The notes under the pieces were generated by a model, which saw only the letters and a list, made by a program, of their open reading frames with translations, was not told where the DNA came from and ran no database searches. A DNA stretch of 64,000 nucleotides from Eledone cirrhosa (lineage: Eukaryota): assembly GCA_964016885.1 (NCBI GenBank), contig OZ024762.1:6634001-6698000 (forward strand), given 5' to 3'. The position numbers and the translations under genes were made by a program. Below are positions 1-13,380 of this stretch, one piece after another; position 1 is the stretch's first letter; every line of letters begins with the position of its first letter.

Positions 1-44
1 CATGCCTTGCTCATACAGGAACTGATTTGGTCCTGCCATGAAAA

Positions 45-160
45 ACAACATGAAATGAAGTGTCTTTCGGGAGAACACACCACACCACCAAGACCAGGCA
101 TTGAACCCACTAACTTGTAAGTAAGTTCAAATCCCTAACCACTAAGCTAGGCAACTTCAC
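45..160 (-). mobile_element. tRNA-derived CORE-type SINE head, decayed
   Basis: Reverse complement has TAGCTTAGTGG (A box), GGTTCAATG (B box) and GAAAGACACTTCATTTCA (CORE-like). Confidence 0.6.
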
Positions 161-439
161 AAGCATGGAAAAAGGGTTGGAGGGGCGGGGGGGGGGGGGG
201 GGGGCATAAAAAATGAGGGTGATAGCCTTATATATTCAAATGAAAGCCTCCACCTTACATATGCAATAGTTCCGAGATGAATCTTTACAGTTAAACTTTG
301 CTGCTACTCCTCTCCTCTCCTCTCCTCTCCTCTCCCTCCCTCTCCAGTGCCATAGCCATTCTTTCATGACAGAAATATCAATACAAAATCACAGCAAGAG
401 ATATTGGTTGGTAACCATGGTAACCATTCTTGTAATATT

Positions 440-466
440 TGCGATAGCAATTACGGCAGCAACAGC

Positions 467-515
<49 letters not shown>

Positions 516-680
516 AAATTAGCAGAAATAGTAACAGTAACCATAATATTAGTAGTAGTAGTGGTAGTAGTCATATTAGTGGTGGTAGAGGTGGTGGTAA
601 TAGTAGTAGTGGTGGTAGTAGTAGTAGCATTAGCAGAAATAGTAACAGTAACCATAACATTAGTAGTAGTGGTGGTAATG

Positions 681-721
<41 letters not shown>

Positions 722-756
722 GGTGGTATTAGTAGTAGTAGTAGTGGTGGTGGTAT

Positions 757-820
<64 letters not shown>

Positions 821-901
821 GGTAGTAGTGGTAGTAGTAGTAGTAGTAGTGGTAGTAGTAGTAGTGGTAGTAGTAGTGGTAGTAGTAGTAGTAGTAGTAG
901 T
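440..901. repeat. (GTA/GTG)n trinucleotide microsatellite
   Basis: Seen directly; source of the poly-V/T/S ORFs. Confidence 0.95.
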
Positions 902-904
902 AAA

Positions 905-1200
905 CACAGGCCATGAATGAACTGAAAGATAAACTGGGTATAAGAGGAATGAGATGTGGTGTAGAGGAGAGAAGACTGCACTGGTATGGACATGTGATGC
1001 TGGGAGAAGGGTAAAGAGTTGCCAATGGAAGGGAGTTGCAGTGGAGGAAGACCAAGGAAGAGCTGGCCAGAAGGGATGAGAGAAGATCATAAAATGTTGA
1101 ACCTCATAGTGGAGGAGATGATAAGGGGATGCTACAAGTTGAGGGGGTGCGGCTGAAAAGATCCATCGAACCCATGCAAGCATGGATAAGCAGATAATAA
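905..1200 (+). mobile_element. RTE LINE 3' end fragment
   Basis: Encodes LKDKLGIRGMRCGVEERRLHWYGHVM; homologous to 62470-62845; followed by (GAT)n. Confidence 0.8.
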
Positions 1201-1461
1201 TGATAGTGGTGGTGGTGATGGTGATGGTGACGGTGACGGTGATGATGATGATGATGTTGTTAGTGATGATGATGATGATGACAATGATGGTGGTGATGGC
1301 AATGATGATGATGGTGATGATAGTGGTGGTGGTGACGGTGACGGTGATGATGATGATGATGATGATGATGTTAGTGATGATGATGATGATGACAATGATG
1401 GTGGTGATGGCAATGATGATGATGATGATGATAGTGGTGGTGGTGATGGTGACGGTGGTGG

Positions 1462-1492
<31 letters not shown>

Positions 1493-1624
1493 AGTGATGA
1501 TGATGATGACAATGATGGTGGTGATGACAATGATGATGATGATGATGATGATGATGTTAGTGATGATGATGATGACAATGAGGGTTGTGATGGCAATGAT
1601 GATGATGTTGATGATGATGATGAT
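1200..1624. repeat. (GAT/GGT)n compound microsatellite
   Basis: Seen directly; probably an expanded LINE tail. Confidence 0.9.
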
Positions 1625-2167
1625 ATATACTGTGCAACAATAGCCATGCAACTGTTGGAATCCTCGTCGGAGATGTCGAGGAAAGAATGTTTGTAATTAA
1701 CAGCTGATTTCGGAATCAATCAGAGCTGTCACGAAATAGCATCGTTATCAATATAATGATCTGTCAACAAAGCAAATGTCATGGCATTAACTGGGTAAGT
1801 TGTTTATAGGGGGGGGGGGGAGGAGGGATGGGGGGGGGGGGAGTGTGTAACAAACATTGGCTTGTAGTGATTGTTAGTAACGAGGCCTCAACTTTAATGA
1901 TGGCGACAACCATGACTACAAATGTCTATAACAACAACAACGACAACAACAACCATGACTACAAATGTCTATAACAACAACAACGACAACAACAACCATG
2001 ACTACAAATGTCTATAACAACAACAACGACAACAACAATGGCTACAACAACAAACATCAATGACAACAACAGCTATGACAACAACAACAACATTTATAAC
2101 AGCAGCAGCTATGACAGCAACAACAACAACAACAGCAACAGCAGCAACATTAAAAACAACAACAGTG

Positions 2168-2541
2168 GAGTGGCAGTATCAGTAGAGGGTCGGACGCCAT
2201 GCTTTGATGCATAGAGTTACGGCCCTTGCCATTCTGAGTTCAAATCCCGCCGAGGTTAACTTTGCCTGGAGTCGATAAAATAAAGTACCAGTAATGCACT
2301 GGGTAATTGCTGGCCTTGTGCCTAACGTAGAAACAATTAATTATAGAACAAAAACAAAAAAAGGGCGGTGGTAGAGGGTCGGACGCCATGCTTTGAAGCT
2401 TAGAGTTACGGCCCTTTATCATCTGAGTTCAAATCCCGCCGAGGTTAACTTTGCCTTTCATCCTTACGGGGGTCGATAAAATAAAGTACCAGTAATGCAC
2501 TGGGTAATTGCTGGCCTTGTGCCTAACGTAGAAACAATTAA
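2168..2541 (+). mobile_element. Two tandem tRNA-derived SINEs with Meta-like central domain
   Basis: TGGCAGTATC..GAGTTCAAATCCC, GCCTTTCATCCTTACGGGGTCGATAAAATAAAGTACCAG, ending GTAGAAACAATTA. Other copies or fragments lie near 5990-6165(+), 15925-16017(+), 26090-26182(-), 39304-39487(-), 41000-41200(-), 43697-43815(-), 51760-52090(+), 54045-54225(-), 55165-55295(+) and 56542-56728(-). Confidence 0.85.
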
Positions 2542-2784
2542 TAACAACAAGTCCCAAACAACAGTTTAATAATGAGACACTTATATAAAGCCACCAAATT
2601 GTTGATTATTTTCAAAATTATTTAAAATCCATAGGCAGTATCTCTCATTAGGAATATTATAATGAAAGGGTTAATGTCCTTATAGTTATCTAAAAACCTC
2701 CATCCTTATTTCATGTAAGAACCTTTGGTAAGTTATGTTCCAAACACCCCTAGTTCTATGATACCAAACTGTTTTAAAGTGTTT

Positions 2785-3277
2785 ATCATCATCATCATCA
2801 TCATCATCATCACCGTTTTAAGTCCGTTCCTCCATGTTAGCATGGGTTAGACGGGTTGTCCTGTTGTGGTCAGTGTCCGGTCGGCTGACATTGTCTTGCT
2901 CATACAGGACCTGATTCTGGCTTGATTTCTACAGCTGGATGCCCTTCCTAACACTAACCTCATTTACAGTGAGTGCTGGGTGCTTTTTTTGCCGTAGCAC
3001 CTCCACGACCACTTTACAGTGAGTGCTGGGTGCTTTTTTTGCCGTGGCACCTCCACGACCACTTTACAGTGAGTGCTGGGTGCTTTTTTTGCTGTGGCGC
3101 CTCCATAACCACTTTGCAGTGAGTGCTGGGTGCTTTTTTTGCTGTGGCGCCTCCACGACCACTTTGCAGTGGAATGATATGGACCCCAGTCCTATCATCT
3201 CATTTCTACAGCTGAGTAAACTGGAGCAATGTGAAATAAAGTGTCTTGCTCAAGGAGACAACACATCACCCGGTCTG
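2785..3277 (-). mobile_element. Composite CORE SINE with internal ~50-bp unit repeated about 4 times and RTE-like (GAT)n tail
   Basis: Reverse-complement homology to the full copy at 34936-35339. Confidence 0.85.
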
Positions 3278-4099
3278 AAAAACCTTCCATCATAATTTCA
3301 AGTAAGAACCTGTGTTATTTTATGTCACAAAGACCAAATTACTGATTTAGGCACATGGCTAACATTTTATGGAAAGAGGAAAGTTAATTATATCACCCCT
3401 ACTACTTTATTTCATCTACTATGGAAGGATGAAAGGCAAAGGTGAACTCTGTGGGGTTTGAATTCACAATGTTAGTTTTTGTAATGGTTGACAAGATCTC
3501 AGACTGCACATGTTTACTGAGTTGGGTGGAACTCATCAAATCAGACCAAGGAGACAATATTTCCATTGGTCTTTCCATTGCTGATAATATCTACCATTCA
3601 AAACACTCCTGGCAGAAAGAGTAATGTGAAATAAATTGTCTTGCTCAAAGACATAACGCATTGCCTGGTTCAGGAATTGGACAACCTCACGATTGTGAAT
3701 CGAACTCTCTAACCACTAAGCTAATCAATCACCTTCACAGAACGTAAAGGGCCATAACTAAATGCCACTCTGCATTTTATCCCACTCTCTAACAACTTAT
3801 CCAATACACCATCCTAAAAATCAACTTGTTAATAAGAAAGTGATATTACTAATGGAAGTGTTAACATTGAAAGACAATGCTTATGATTGCCAAATAGTTG
3901 TGAAAATAGTGATAAAATTACAGAGATTTAGTAATATAACTGAGTTGGTATTTGGAACATAACTTAAAGTTGTTTACAGAAAATTATAATGGAAGATTTA
4001 ACCATTTTGATACCATTTTGTAATGGGATCTGTCTCTATGAAACAAAATCAGCTATTTTAAAGGGCTTCTGTTTAAATTTAAATCTTTCAGTATAACTA

Positions 4100-4555
4100 C
4101 ACTTTAAAGAGTGTATTGAGTGTATTTTATCATGACACCAGCACTACCATTTTACAGAGTGTACTGGGTGTATTTTATCATGTCACCAACACTAGCATTT
4201 TAGAGAGTGTATCGAGTGTATTTTATCATGATACCAGCACTACCATTTTACAGAGTGTACTGGGTGTATTTTATCATGATACCAGCACTACTATTTTAGA
4301 GAGTGTACTGGGTGTATTTTATCATGATACCAGCACTACCATTTTACAGAGTGTACTGGGTGTATTTTATCATGATACCAGCACTACTATTTTACAGAGT
4401 GTACTCGGTGCATTTTATCATAACATCAGCAGTACCACTTTACAGAGTGTACTCGGTGAATTTTATCATGTCGCCAGGACCATCATTTTAGAATGATATC
4501 AGCTTTACCACTTTAGATAGTGTACTGCGTGCATTTTATCATGACATCTGCACCA
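4100..4555. repeat. 48-bp minisatellite, about 9 copies, related to the SINE internal unit
   Basis: Unit TTTTACAGAGTGTACTGGGTGTATTTTATCATGATACCAGCACTACCA. Confidence 0.85.
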
Positions 4556-4857
4556 GTAACATCACCATCACCAACACCAACACCACCCACATCAATTTTA
4601 ATAATTATCTAACTTTATAATTCATTAGAATTCCCACCCTAACTTTCTATTAGTGAAACTGATCAACTATCTGTATATTAACACTTCTTTCCTAGTACTC
4701 ACACCTGCTCTCTGTTTAGAAGCAATAACAACAAAAATAACAACAACAATAACAACAAAAATAACAACAACAATAACAACAAAAATAACAACAACAATAA
4801 TAATAATTGTTTTTACTTTTGGCACAAGGCCAGCAATTAGCCAGTGCATTACTGGTA

Positions 4858-5890
4858 CTTTATTGGCCACAAGAGCTAACATGAAGAAAAACATTACAGA
4901 TGGCACAGAACGGTACAGGACGATACAAAGTGGGTTTTGGCCGTGTAAAAAGATTATAAGAAGAAAATAAAAATGTGTAAAAACAAATAAAAAAATTCAA
5001 ACAACAAAAATTCCCCGATAGGGGGGAAAACCTCTGAGGGTGACTCATGGCAAAAACTACAGAAAAGACCACCCTGACCACCAGGGCAAGCGCCCTCTCC
5101 CAATTCTCCCACTCCTCAGTCTACAGGTGCATACTCAGAGTGGGCCCGTTCACTTGGACCAGACTCGCTACTTTCACCCAACTTTCAACAAACTTACTAG
5201 AAGACAGCACTTGCCTCTCCACCCTGATTTTCCTCTTCAAGTGAAATTTGAAAAAGTTAATCATGGATTCACTGGAGAGGAAAGTATCTGTCTTCAATCC
5301 TTTCAATCTTGTCCACCACACAATCTCTTTTGCCATGGCCACCAGGCAGATGAAAACTGGCTGCCCTTCCTCTTCCTTAAAGGAGCATGGCGGGGCTATC
5401 TGCACAATGGACTCAGTTGATAACCGGATCTGTCCTACATCCGACACAAGTCAGCAGTGCTCGGGTACTGAACGAGTGCATGCACGACGGGTTCGTCGCC
5501 CTGCACGCATCTCGGAGAGGTTCGACTGACGGCACTTCTGTATCTGTAGAGCTTCTCTCGAACCGGCAACACTCCCCGGTAGCACTGCCAGGCCAGGGAT
5601 TTTTGGAAGTTGTCCATAGGCCCCAGGCTCAAAGTTCTCTTGAAGAGAGCGAACAGCTGATCGTCTTCGATGCCCAGGGTCACCCTGAGAACGTTGTCGC
5701 TCTTCCCCTCCACTAGACCTGTATAGAACATTGAGGTGGATGTTCCACCGATACTAGTGACCAATTGGTAGAGGGCGGTGAGTACTTGGAGCCATTCCAG
5801 CTTCCAAGCGCTATCTCTCGGTCTTCTCCTGATCCAGGACTGCAGCTCCGTCAATGAGATGAGCTGGGGAAAAAATGTGTCTGGCAAACG
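4858..5890 (-). mobile_element. L1/Tx1-clade LINE 3' fragment (ORF2 C-terminal zinc-binding region plus 3' UTR)
   Basis: LAWQCYRGVLPVREKLYR..PRC..DEPVVHAL and FICLVAMAKEIVWWTR; frameshifted; ends GTGGCCAATAAA; homologous to 41410-42030. Confidence 0.8.
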
Positions 5891-6171
5891 TCAACCACAC
5901 CTGTTCACCGTCAAGGAAGCACAAGAGATGTCGCAGCCTCAGTGGTCCACACAACAGGTGCTGACAGCAGATGGATCGGCTGACCATGGGAGTATCGGTA
6001 GAGAGTTGGACGCCATGCTTTCTAGCATAGTTACGTCCCTTTACAGTCTGAGTTCAAATCCCGCCGAGGTTAACTTTGCCTTTCATCCTTACGGGGTCGA
6101 TAAAATAAAGTACCAGTAATGTACTGGGTAATTGCTGGCCTTGTGCCAAAAGTAGAAACAATTATATTATA

Positions 6172-6310
6172 GATTGTTTTTGTCTTCAACATCCACATTA
6201 GAGTTATTTCTATCTCTAAATCTTTATATTTGGAGAGTCTCTCCATTTCATTGGTAGAGATGTTGTCTGTTGGGAGTGATACATGAATATAATCAGTGTT
6301 ATAATCATGA
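6172..6310 (-). mobile_element. R4/Dong-type restriction-like-endonuclease LINE fragment
   Basis: HVSLPTDNISTNEMERLSKYKDLEIEITLMW, similar to ORF 12849-13217. Confidence 0.6.
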
Positions 6311-6403
6311 TTCTTCTTCAAACCTTATCATTATGGTGATTATTATTATAATCATTGTTATTATCAGAGTTAGTAAACTGTGCAGGGAAATATTCTGAAA
6401 CAA

Positions 6404-6728
6404 ACTACACAACCCAACACTACACCACACAACACTACACCACACTACACTACACCACACAGCACTACACATTACACCACACTACACTACACCACACACA
6501 CTACACGACACAACACTACACTACACGACACAACACGACACAACACTACACTACACCACACAACACTACACCACACTACACTACACTACACCACACAGCA
6601 CTACACATTACACCACACTACACTACACCACACACACTACACGACACAACACTACACTACACGACACAACACCACACTAACCACACCACACAACACTACA
6701 CCACACTAACTACACTACACAACACATC
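6404..6728. repeat. (ACACT/ACACC)n pentanucleotide repeat
   Basis: Seen directly. Confidence 0.9.
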
Positions 6729-6803
6729 ACATGACATGTTCATGCTAGCTTGTTGACAACTTTTCTTGAACTTTAGACTTCAAACAAACAGCCTATCTTA
6801 TAG

Positions 6804-6933
6804 GTTAGTCTACCTCGTGGTCTCGATCAACAGGTTGGAGAAGACATTGTCCTGGAGGGCAGCGAGGGAGACACACTGGAAGAGCCATTCCACTTCACAG
6901 GGTTTGCATTTGAGGGTAACTCCACTGATAGCA
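6804..6933 (+). CDS. Possible host-gene exon, product unknown
   Basis: TTATAG| then the open frame VSLPRGLDQQVGEDIVLEGSEGDTLEEPFHFTGFAFEGNSTDS, then |GTGAGT. It is a GC-richer, non-repetitive island; no homology recognised. Confidence 0.3.
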
Positions 6934-7029
6934 GTGAGTAGTGAGTAATGATGTAGTGCGTGGGCCCACTGGAAGCTTCCACTGTCTCAGGCTCAACTAC
7001 AAATTATAGGTCTATGTGTGTGTTGGATC

Positions 7030-7322
7030 CCCATTAGTTCAACAATGGAACAGCCTGCTCATGAAATTAACGTGCAAGTGGCTTAGCATTCTACAGACAC
7101 ATATACTCTTGATGTATTTCTCAGGGAGATTCAGCGTAACACACTGTATGAAAAGGCTGGTCTTGCAAATTACAGGTACAACTCATTTTTGTCCAGCTGG
7201 GTGAACAGGGGTTACATAAAATAAAGTGTCAGGCTCAAGGACACAGTACATTGTCAGGAATCGAACTTAAAACCTTTTAATTGTGAGCTGAGCAGCCCAA
7301 CAACTAAACCACATGCCTTCAC
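7030..7322 (-). mobile_element. CORE-type SINE, second tail variant
   Basis: CORE motif and tRNA head at 7215-7320. Body homologous to 57520-57900 and 63450-63650. Confidence 0.7.
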
Positions 7323-8957
7323 AAATGAAAGTATATAGAATTATTATCTCAAATGAATTTTGCTATATTTTGTGCCCCCACCAAGAATTATCTTCTGCTG
7401 TTTGTCCTCAAAGAATTTATTTTGTTACCCACCCAGAAGCATTTGGTAATTGTGAAAAAGATAAAGTCCCTCCATTAGGGGTGACAGAAGAGAATGGGGG
7501 CTATGTGGTGTGTTTGGTTGAGTGGTTCGGAGAGAAGAGATTGAGAAGAGGGGATATTCTGAACTCTGGTATTAAACAGACGACAGGGATGGCAGCAAAT
7601 GATAAGCTACTTTACAAATGAAGACAAAAAACAAACAAACCACTGCCTCTGGCCATTTTAAGTACAGAAGGCAAGACTTATTGGGTGGATGGCTGGGGTG
7701 ATATTAACCCTTTCTAATCAAATACACTCTATTTCAATTACGTAAAGAAGAATTTTGAGGGATTTACTAAAAATTATTAAATATTTCATTACCAAGATAG
7801 CAACTTAACATATGGTTCTTATATTGGATTGTCAAGTATGAAATGTGTAGAAATTTGTAGATAAAAAAAGAAATTTTTACAAATTTCTTACTTGACGACC
7901 CAATATAATATTATGTGGAAGATTTTTATTTAACACTTTTGTAACTTAGGAGGGATTTACTAAAAATTATTAAATAATTACTAAGATAGTAATTTAACAT
8001 ATGTTTCTTATATAAAATAGGGATTTTGTTTCATAGATCCAGTTGATTTTGGCTGGGTTGGCATGGAAAGGGTTAATGAAAATAGTATTGCAAATAAATG
8101 GAGAAGAAAGGGGAAAGAAAGTGAGAGAAGAAAGAGAAAGTAGATAGACAGAAAGGGAGATAAAGATGCAGGGAGGTAGAAAGGGACTGAGCAAAAGGAA
8201 CATGAGAGGAGAAGTGCATGAAAAGGAGAGAAAATATACTAACATATAGAGAGAGGGAGAAGATGCATGGCTTAGTGTTTAGTTGGATTGAAAATGGTGA
8301 AGCATTTGATTCTCCAAGTGACGCAAGACACTTTATTTCACATTGCTCTAGTCCATTGTGTCCTTGAGCAAGACACTTTATTTCACATTGCTCCAGTCCA
8401 CTGTGTCCTTGAGCAAGACACTTTATTTCACATTGCTCCAGTCCATTGTGTCCTTCAGCAAGACACTTTGTTTCACATTGCTCAAAGAGAGATGAAACTT
8501 TATAAGGAATTGCAACTCTTTAAAGATTTGTGTTATGGATTGTGAAGGCTTCTGACTTAGTGGTTAGGGTACTGGGCTGACAATTGTCATCATTTTAACA
8601 TCCACAATCCCTGATAGCAAGGATTGGACAGGTTTAAAGACTAAGTCAGAACTGAAGTGGAGCCACTGATCTCCCAGGCAGGCCAGGGATCTGTGCCTCA
8701 CTTATATATATGTGCTAAAAAAACCCAGCATGCAGGATTTTTAACGAAAGAATAGCTCAAGAAATGTATTTGAAAATGTAAGAGAAAGCAAGCTTCACTA
8801 CAATCATTTGTATGTGTTATAAAGATCTTTTTTTTAATATATATACCAGGTGCGCTCTTCAAACCATTTTTAATTATCTTTTTCCTTATATAACATGATC
8901 TGTATAGAACGTTTTCTAACGTCCACACTTTTTTCCCCCTCGTATATATATATAAAA

Positions 8958-10470
8958 TTAGCAGTTATTTGATGATAGCTTGTGACCGAAATATACAAAC
9001 TCTGTAACTTGAGCAATTTGCTGGTTGTAAATTATGAGTTGGAGATTGTCATTGTTTTTATCAGTTGTCATACACTTTGTTTTGGAGATGTTGATGTGTA
9101 AGCCAGCCTCATTAAACAACAATGGAATGACCGCTGTGCCGTATCGCATCACCCTGGGTTGGGCAGCTTTCAACAGGAACAAAGAAGTGCTAACATCAAA
9201 ATGAGTTTCCTATCTTTTGAAGACTAAGATGTTTAACACTTACATCCTACCAGTTGTGTTATATGGTCTTCATTGTGTTAACTGGATGCCAAGGTCACTT
9301 CAGAAGCTCTCTACATTCCAGAACCACATCATCACTAATAAGGGACTAAGTAACAATAACTCTATCAATGAGCTACTCGACATTACCAAGCTTAAACCAA
9401 TCACATCACTTATCAAGTCAAGACTTTAACTGTACGTCATATCAATAGATCAACTTGGTCGCATCAATAGATCAACTTGGTCGCATCAATAGATCAACTC
9501 GGTCATATCAATAGATCAACTTGGTCGCATCAATAGATCAACTTGGTCGCATCAATAGATCAACTCGGTCATATCAATAGATCAACTTGGTCGCATCAAT
9601 AGATCAACTCGGTCGCATCAATAGATCAACTCGGTCGCATCAATAGATCAACTCGGTCGCATCAATAGATCAACTCGGTCATATCAATAGATCAACTTGG
9701 TCATATCAATAGATCAACTTGGTCGCATCAATAGATCAACTCGGTCATATCAATAGATCAACTTGGTCATATCAATAGATCAACTTGGTCGCATCAATAG
9801 ATCAACTCGGTCATATCAATAGATCAACTTGGTCATATCAATAGATCAACTTGGTCGCATCAATAGATCAACTCGGTCATATCAATAGATCAACTCGGTC
9901 GCATCAATAGATCAACTCGGTCATATCAATAGATCAACTCGGTCATATCAATAGATCAACTCGGTCATATCAATAGATCAACTTGGTCGCATCAATAGAT
10001 CAACTCGGTCGCATCAATAGATCAACTTGGTCGCATCAATAGATCAACTTGGTCGCATCAATAGATCAACTCGGTCGCATCAATAGATCAACTTGGTCGC
10101 ATCAATAGATCAACTCGGTCATATCAATAGATCAACTCGGTCATATCAATAGATCAACTCGGTCATATCAATAGATCAACTTGGTCGCATCAATAGATCA
10201 ACTCGGTCATATCAATAGATCAACTTGGTCGCACCAATAGATCAACTCGGTCAAGTCAATAGATCAACTGGTGGTGTAAGTTATGCCTAGAGGACAGTTA
10301 GCTGATAAGAAAAGCAAAGGTTGGTAGCCAAAACGATGGCTTGATAATGTCAACTTATGGACTGGACTTGACCTTTGCTCTTTAAACTCTGCTGGTGGTG
10401 ATTGACTTTGTGGAGAAGAATATCTCATGTCGATGCACAGTCTGCACCAAGCAGAGTGAGCGGGTGAGCA
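8958..10470 (+). mobile_element. RTE-like LINE 3' part with 5' inversion and internal 22-bp array
   Basis: Minus 8958-9120 encodes GLHINISKTKCM..EFVYFGHKLSSNNC. Plus from about 9120 encodes RITLGWAAF..KMFNTYILPVVLYG. After the array it resumes with CLEG..RWLDNV. Confidence 0.75.
9436..10270. repeat. 22-bp tandem array, about 38 copies
   Basis: Unit GGTCRYATCAATAGATCAACTY; period 22 (9457, 9479). Confidence 0.95.
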
Positions 10471-10899
10471 TCTAAGAGGTAATTGGCGCTTTATATCTTA
10501 CTTGTGTTGACTATGAGACAAGAGAAGAAGAGGGTGAAGGAGAAGAAGAAGAAGAACATCAAGGATGACTAGACTGCAGACTACCGACAATGCAAGACAG
10601 AAAAGGGTCGGGGTGTAGAAGAAGTAAGGAGCTGGAGGGGGGTGGTAGGGGGCAGGCTATAACAACAACAACATTGCCAATGTTATTAATAATAACAAGA
10701 TAGAAGTGGTGGTGAGGACAGGTGGGAGGTAATGAGAGAGAGAGAGAGAGAGATGGTAGGAGGGAGGGAGTGGTGGATATTATCTGGGGTTGTATCAGGG
10801 AGGGGTGGGGAGGATATTATCTGGGGTTGTATCAGGGAGGAATGGGAAAAAACATGAGAAAGAACATGGAAAGTCTATGTAAAAGATTGACTTCATGGC

Positions 10900-10998
10900 T
10901 ATATACACTATATACATACACTATATATATATTATATATATATACAACGTATATATACACACATATATATATATATATATATACATACATACACACAC

Positions 10999-11029
<31 letters not shown>

Positions 11030-11255
11030 CACACACACACATATATATACATAACACACACACATATATACACACACACACACATATATATGCATACACA
11101 CACATATAGTTCCTGTATGAGCAAGGCATGGTCAGCCGACCAGACACTGCCCACAACAGGACAACCCGTCTAACCCATGCTAGCGTGGAAGAACGGACGT
11201 AAAACGGTGATGATGATGATGATGATGATATATATATGCATACACACACACACAT

Positions 11256-11289
<34 letters not shown>

Positions 11290-11540
11290 ACACACACACA
11301 CACACATATATATATACACACACACACACACATATATACACACACACACATATATATATACATACACACACACATATATATATACATATATATACATACA
11401 CACACACACACATATATATATATATACTCACACACACATATATATATATACACACACACACATATATATACATACACACACACACACACACATATATATA
11501 CATACACACACACACACATATATATACACACACACACAGA
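10900..11540. repeat. (TA)n/(CA)n compound microsatellite containing a SINE tail at 11108-11228
   Basis: Seen directly. Confidence 0.9.
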
Positions 11541-11784
11541 TATGTGTGCTAAATGATGGGTGAAGAGAGCAAAGTATAGAGGAGGACATACCCTCCCCTT
11601 CTCCACCAGTGACACATGTGACAAGAGGAGTCTACAGCTGTCAAACATTGGTGGAACAACAATAATAATAATAATAGTTATAGTGCTTATGTAAGTAGCA
11701 GCAGTAGTAGTAACAACAGCAGTAGTTAATAGATAAAATAAAATTATATATATATATCTAGAGAACCTTCAACCCGTCAAGGTT

Positions 11785-11877
11785 TTTATAAAACAAATTT
11801 TATCTGATGAAAGCGCACCAAAATTTGCCAAGGTTGCCCTTGAAATATATATAATAAAATAATTATGGTTTTATAAA
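11785..11877 (+). ncRNA. Type I hammerhead ribozyme, family A copy 1
   Basis: ATTTTAT-CTGATGA(11804-11810)-AAG..CTT stem II-GAAA-TATATATA-ATAAAAT. Stem I is 7 bp, extended by TTTATAAAAC/GTTTTATAAA. Stem III is minimal and palindromic. Predicted cleavage after AUA at 11853. Confidence 0.8.
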
Positions 11878-12299
11878 TATAGTTTCCCTTTATTAATATA
11901 TTGAATATTTACTCCAGTTACCTGTTGAGTGCTTTATAACAGTTATAAAACTTTTAAGCTTGTTGAATCCCAACAAATTAAATATAACTTTTGCATATAT
12001 ATATATGTATATATATATGTATATATATACAGTAATAATAATGAATTTGAAGACTAAAATCCAAAGAGGGCTCGATAAGGATAAATATATATCAAATATA
12101 TAAGAGCAAATATTTATTAAAATAACAGACTAAAGTTTAAGCAAAGAATCACTGCTTTCACCCTTAACGGGATCTTCTGAAACTCAGATGTTATTTTACT
12201 AATAAATATATCTATAAATATATATATATATATATATGTGAGTGTGTGTGTGTTTTGAACATCTAACTTAAAACAAAAGGCGAAGATAAGTTCTTAATT

Positions 12300-12598
12300 A
12301 ATCCATGATGAGATGCAGTTTGGTTTTGCGCCTGGGAAAAGTGCAACAGATGCCGTCTTCTTAGTGAGACAACTACAAGAGAGGTTCTTAGAGAAGAATA
12401 AGCCACTATACTTAGCTTTTGTTGACCTAGAGAACACCTTTGATAGAGTACCCCGATCTGTCATCTGGTGGTCCCTAAGGAAACTAGGTGTAGAGGAATG
12501 GCTTGTGAGGACAGTGCAAGCTATGTACAGAGGATCTGTCAGTAAAGTGAGAGTAGGAATGGAGTTTAGTGAGGAATCCCAGAAACAAGTAGGAGTCT
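12300..12598 (+). mobile_element. RTE LINE reverse transcriptase fragment
   Basis: MQFGFAPGKSATDAVFLVRQLQE..LAFVDLENTFDRVPR. Confidence 0.9.
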
Positions 12599-13380
12599 TA
12601 CAATGCACAACTTTCAAGCCAATGTGATCAGAAATGGAATTTACCCAAAATGTCGATTTTGTGATGAGCATGTTGAGACCATTGACCACATGGTTTCAGG
12701 TAGCAAAGTATTAGCTCCTCAGGAATATAAAATGAGGCATGATAGATTGGGGTAATATTTGCACTGAGTAATATGCAGGTTTTATGGTCTGAAAACAGAA
12801 GGAAAATGGTACAATCATCAGCCAGATGCAGTAATAGGAGATGAGAATGTGACAATCCTCTGGGATTTCCCTGTGAATACTGACAGAACAATCAGGGCCA
12901 ACAGACCTGATGTAATTGTGAAGAACTATAAAGAGAAAACATGTTTCTTAATTGATATGAGCATTCCATTAGATGATAAAATCTTCTCGAAAGAGTTCGG
13001 AAAGCTCAGTAAGTATAAGGATCTAACAATGGAAATAGAGAAAATGTGGCATCTTAAGGCTTGTTCAATACCAGTGATACTCGGTGTACTTGGAATGATA
13101 AAAAATGGAACTGAAAAATATTTGGACCCGATACCTAGAAAGCCATCTTTGCAAAAGATACAGAAAATAGTGCTGACTTATACTGTCCATGTCCCGAGAA
13201 GGGCATTATCAATTTAAATACCTTGCAAGGACATTTACTGTTGTTTGTGCCCTTGTGTGGCAATTGATTGTAAAATGTGTGGATTATCAAATATTGCCTC
13301 CTCAGGTGTCAGGTTGACACTTGGCATGATTTGGACAGAAGCAGAACTCAAATAAGGTTTCAAACAACAACAACAACAAT
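12598..13380 (+). mobile_element. R4/Dong-clade LINE 3' fragment (zinc knuckle plus restriction-like endonuclease)
   Basis: CRFCDEHVETIDH..RHD, ILWDFPVNTDRTIRANRPDVIV..FLIDMSIP..KLSKYKDL; (CAA)n tail. Confidence 0.85.

Noticed and set aside
366-1719. Long poly-V/T/S/I/M ORFs (also 48696-49509, 52695-53337, 61053-62175)
   Set aside because: They are translations of trinucleotide microsatellites, open in several frames on both strands.
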